This document shows positions 62,448 to 64,000 of a stretch of 64,000 nucleotides of DNA, one piece after another. The notes below the pieces were generated by a model. It was given only the letters and a program-made list of their open reading frames with translations. It did no database searches and was not told where the DNA came from. Numbering within the stretch: position 1 is the stretch's first letter; each line of letters opens with the position of its first letter. This DNA is from Bispira polyomma (Eukaryota). Location of the stretch: positions 47,492,001 through 47,556,000 of the forward strand of contig OZ287756.1 of the NCBI GenBank assembly GCA_965649765.1, in the 5' to 3' direction. The translations under genes and the position numbers were made by a program.

Positions 62448-64000
62448 ATGTTTCTGCTTCGGGTTGTCCTTTTTTCAGCACTGTTTGCTGTGGCTATGGC
62501 TCATAGGTATGAGTTGTTGCATCACAGTGTTGCTCATACATCAGCAACCTCATTGGCTAAAGTTGCAAAAAAATTTTCATACACTTGTTCTTGTTGTAAA
62601 TTTTCTACCACCATTAATGGAAGAGGTCTTGTCTTGTTACTTTTATTCGCCGGCGATGTGTCCCTTAACCCTGGTCCTGTCATGCTCGGGGTGTTAAATG
62701 CTAGATCCGTGAGGAACAAGAGTCCACTCCTTGCAGATATTGTGACATCGCACGACCTCGACTTCCTTTGTGTTACTGAGACCCATGTCCGTCTATCTGA
62801 TACGGATAGCTTCCTACGGTCTGTTACTCCTCCAGATTTTGTGTTTCCTCAAACGCCTCGTCCCTCACGTATTGGTGGCGGTGTTGGTTTCTTCATCAGA
62901 TCCTCCTACAAACCAAATAAAATAGATTCTCCTGTCTATCAATCCTTTGAAAATATGGTGGTGTCAATTGGGCTTCATGGCCGCTCACTGTTGCTTGCCT
63001 GCGTCTATCGCTCCCAGGATCATGTACCTGTAATTTTTTAGAAGAATTTATGTCTTTTGTTGGTTTCTTGTCTTCCATTAACAGTTCATATCATATCTGT
63101 GGTGACTTTAACATCCATGTTGATGCACCAGTTGGTGACGGTCATAAATTTATGACCTTTCTTGATTCATGCGATTTAAAACAGTTAGTTAGACAACCTA
63201 CCCATCTGCATGGTCACATTCTGGACCTTATTTTATCTTCTTGTGATCAGGATGCTATTGTGGATGTCAAAGTCTGTGATTTCATATCGGATCATGCATT
63301 AGTCAAATGCTCAATTGCCGCTCCCCCACAGGTGGCCCATATTCCTAATACAGTGCATTATAGGAGGTACCACCGTATTAACATGTCTGACCTCCGTACT
63401 GATCTCGAGAGTACTTCCTTTATTAAGTCACCTGCCAATTCTGTAGCCAAACTTTATGAACAATACATACATGACTTGGGTGATGTACTAGATAAGCATG
63501 CACCACTTGTATCCAGAATGTCAAAGAAAGATTCTGTGCATTGGCTCTCTGATTCTTACCAACGGGCAAAATCTCTCAGGCGCCAATATAAAAGAACTTG
63601 GCGAAGGGCCAAGAATCCATTAAATAGAAGTCGACTACGTCACCAGATTGCTCGGTGCAATGTACTTGTTAACGAGGATAAGTTTGTGTATTACAGCAAA
63701 CTTTTCTCTGACAACAGTCACAACTCCAGGAAGCTGTAGTATGGATACCAATGTGGCACTCCCGTCCCATGATTCTGATAAATCACTAGTTGATAAGTTT
63801 GCTTCCTTTTTTTCGGACAAAATTAAGAGAATTAGAGATACTTTTGTTGTCTCTGGAACTAAAATTGATGTTCATCCTCTTTCTGATCCCCCAGAAATTA
63901 CTGCCTTTACCAGAGTCTCTGAAGATGATGTTAGTAAAATAATAAGTAACTCGCCTACAAAATCCTGCATGTTGGTTCCATGGCCAACATCTCTTATTAA
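62448..64000 (+). pseudogene. L2 ORF2: leader + 2A-like motif + APE endonuclease + linker (frameshift near 63012, stop at 63739)
   Basis: LNARSVRNK, DFLCVTETH, GGGVG, VYR, ICGDFNIH, PTHLHGHILDLIL, ISDHALV. Confidence 0.9.

Larger units (their letters stand above)
61467..64000 (+). mobile_element. 5'-intact L2/CR1-group LINE inserted in the DIRS RNase H; runs off the window
   Basis: DIRS frame homology stops at KCD-AA. It is followed by ~1 kb of repeat-rich leader, then the APE endonuclease ORF. The downstream linker resembles the L2 at 4762-5016. Confidence 0.88.

Overview
AT-rich eukaryotic DNA, most likely an invertebrate and probably a lophotrochozoan/mollusc. It is dominated by retroelements; nothing prokaryotic is present and there is no CRISPR array. 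One host gene is supported: a minus-strand two-TM protein (~373 aa) of the BK-beta (KCNMB)/TipE-like auxiliary-subunit type, with two coding exons (52118-51288, 30892-30602) joined over a ~20.4 kb phase-0 GT-AG intron. Mobile DNA comprises three DIRS-order tyrosine-recombinase (YR) retrotransposons (1-1043, 5907-10140, ~58000-61466), many L2/CR1-group LINE pieces including a 5'-intact copy at 61467-64000, three L1/Tx1-type LINEs, two tRNA-derived SINE families, MITEs and minisatellites. About 2-24.7 kb is an old ~2.5-copy tandem duplication in which each copy carries different insertions, so empty sites are visible. The most unusual observations are: (1) an L2-RT/28S rRNA/L2-RT/L2-tail chimera at ~30.0-30.4 kb; (2) a split-direct-repeat YR architecture with an extra spacer holding a GC-rich, hairpin-rich module shared by two divergent families; (3) a signal-peptide-like leader plus a variant 2A (StopGo) motif, DVSLNPGP, in front of the L2 endonuclease; (4) a shared GGT^AT target site for SINE insertions. 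All calls were made by eye. Boundaries that lack a TSD or empty site are approximate.
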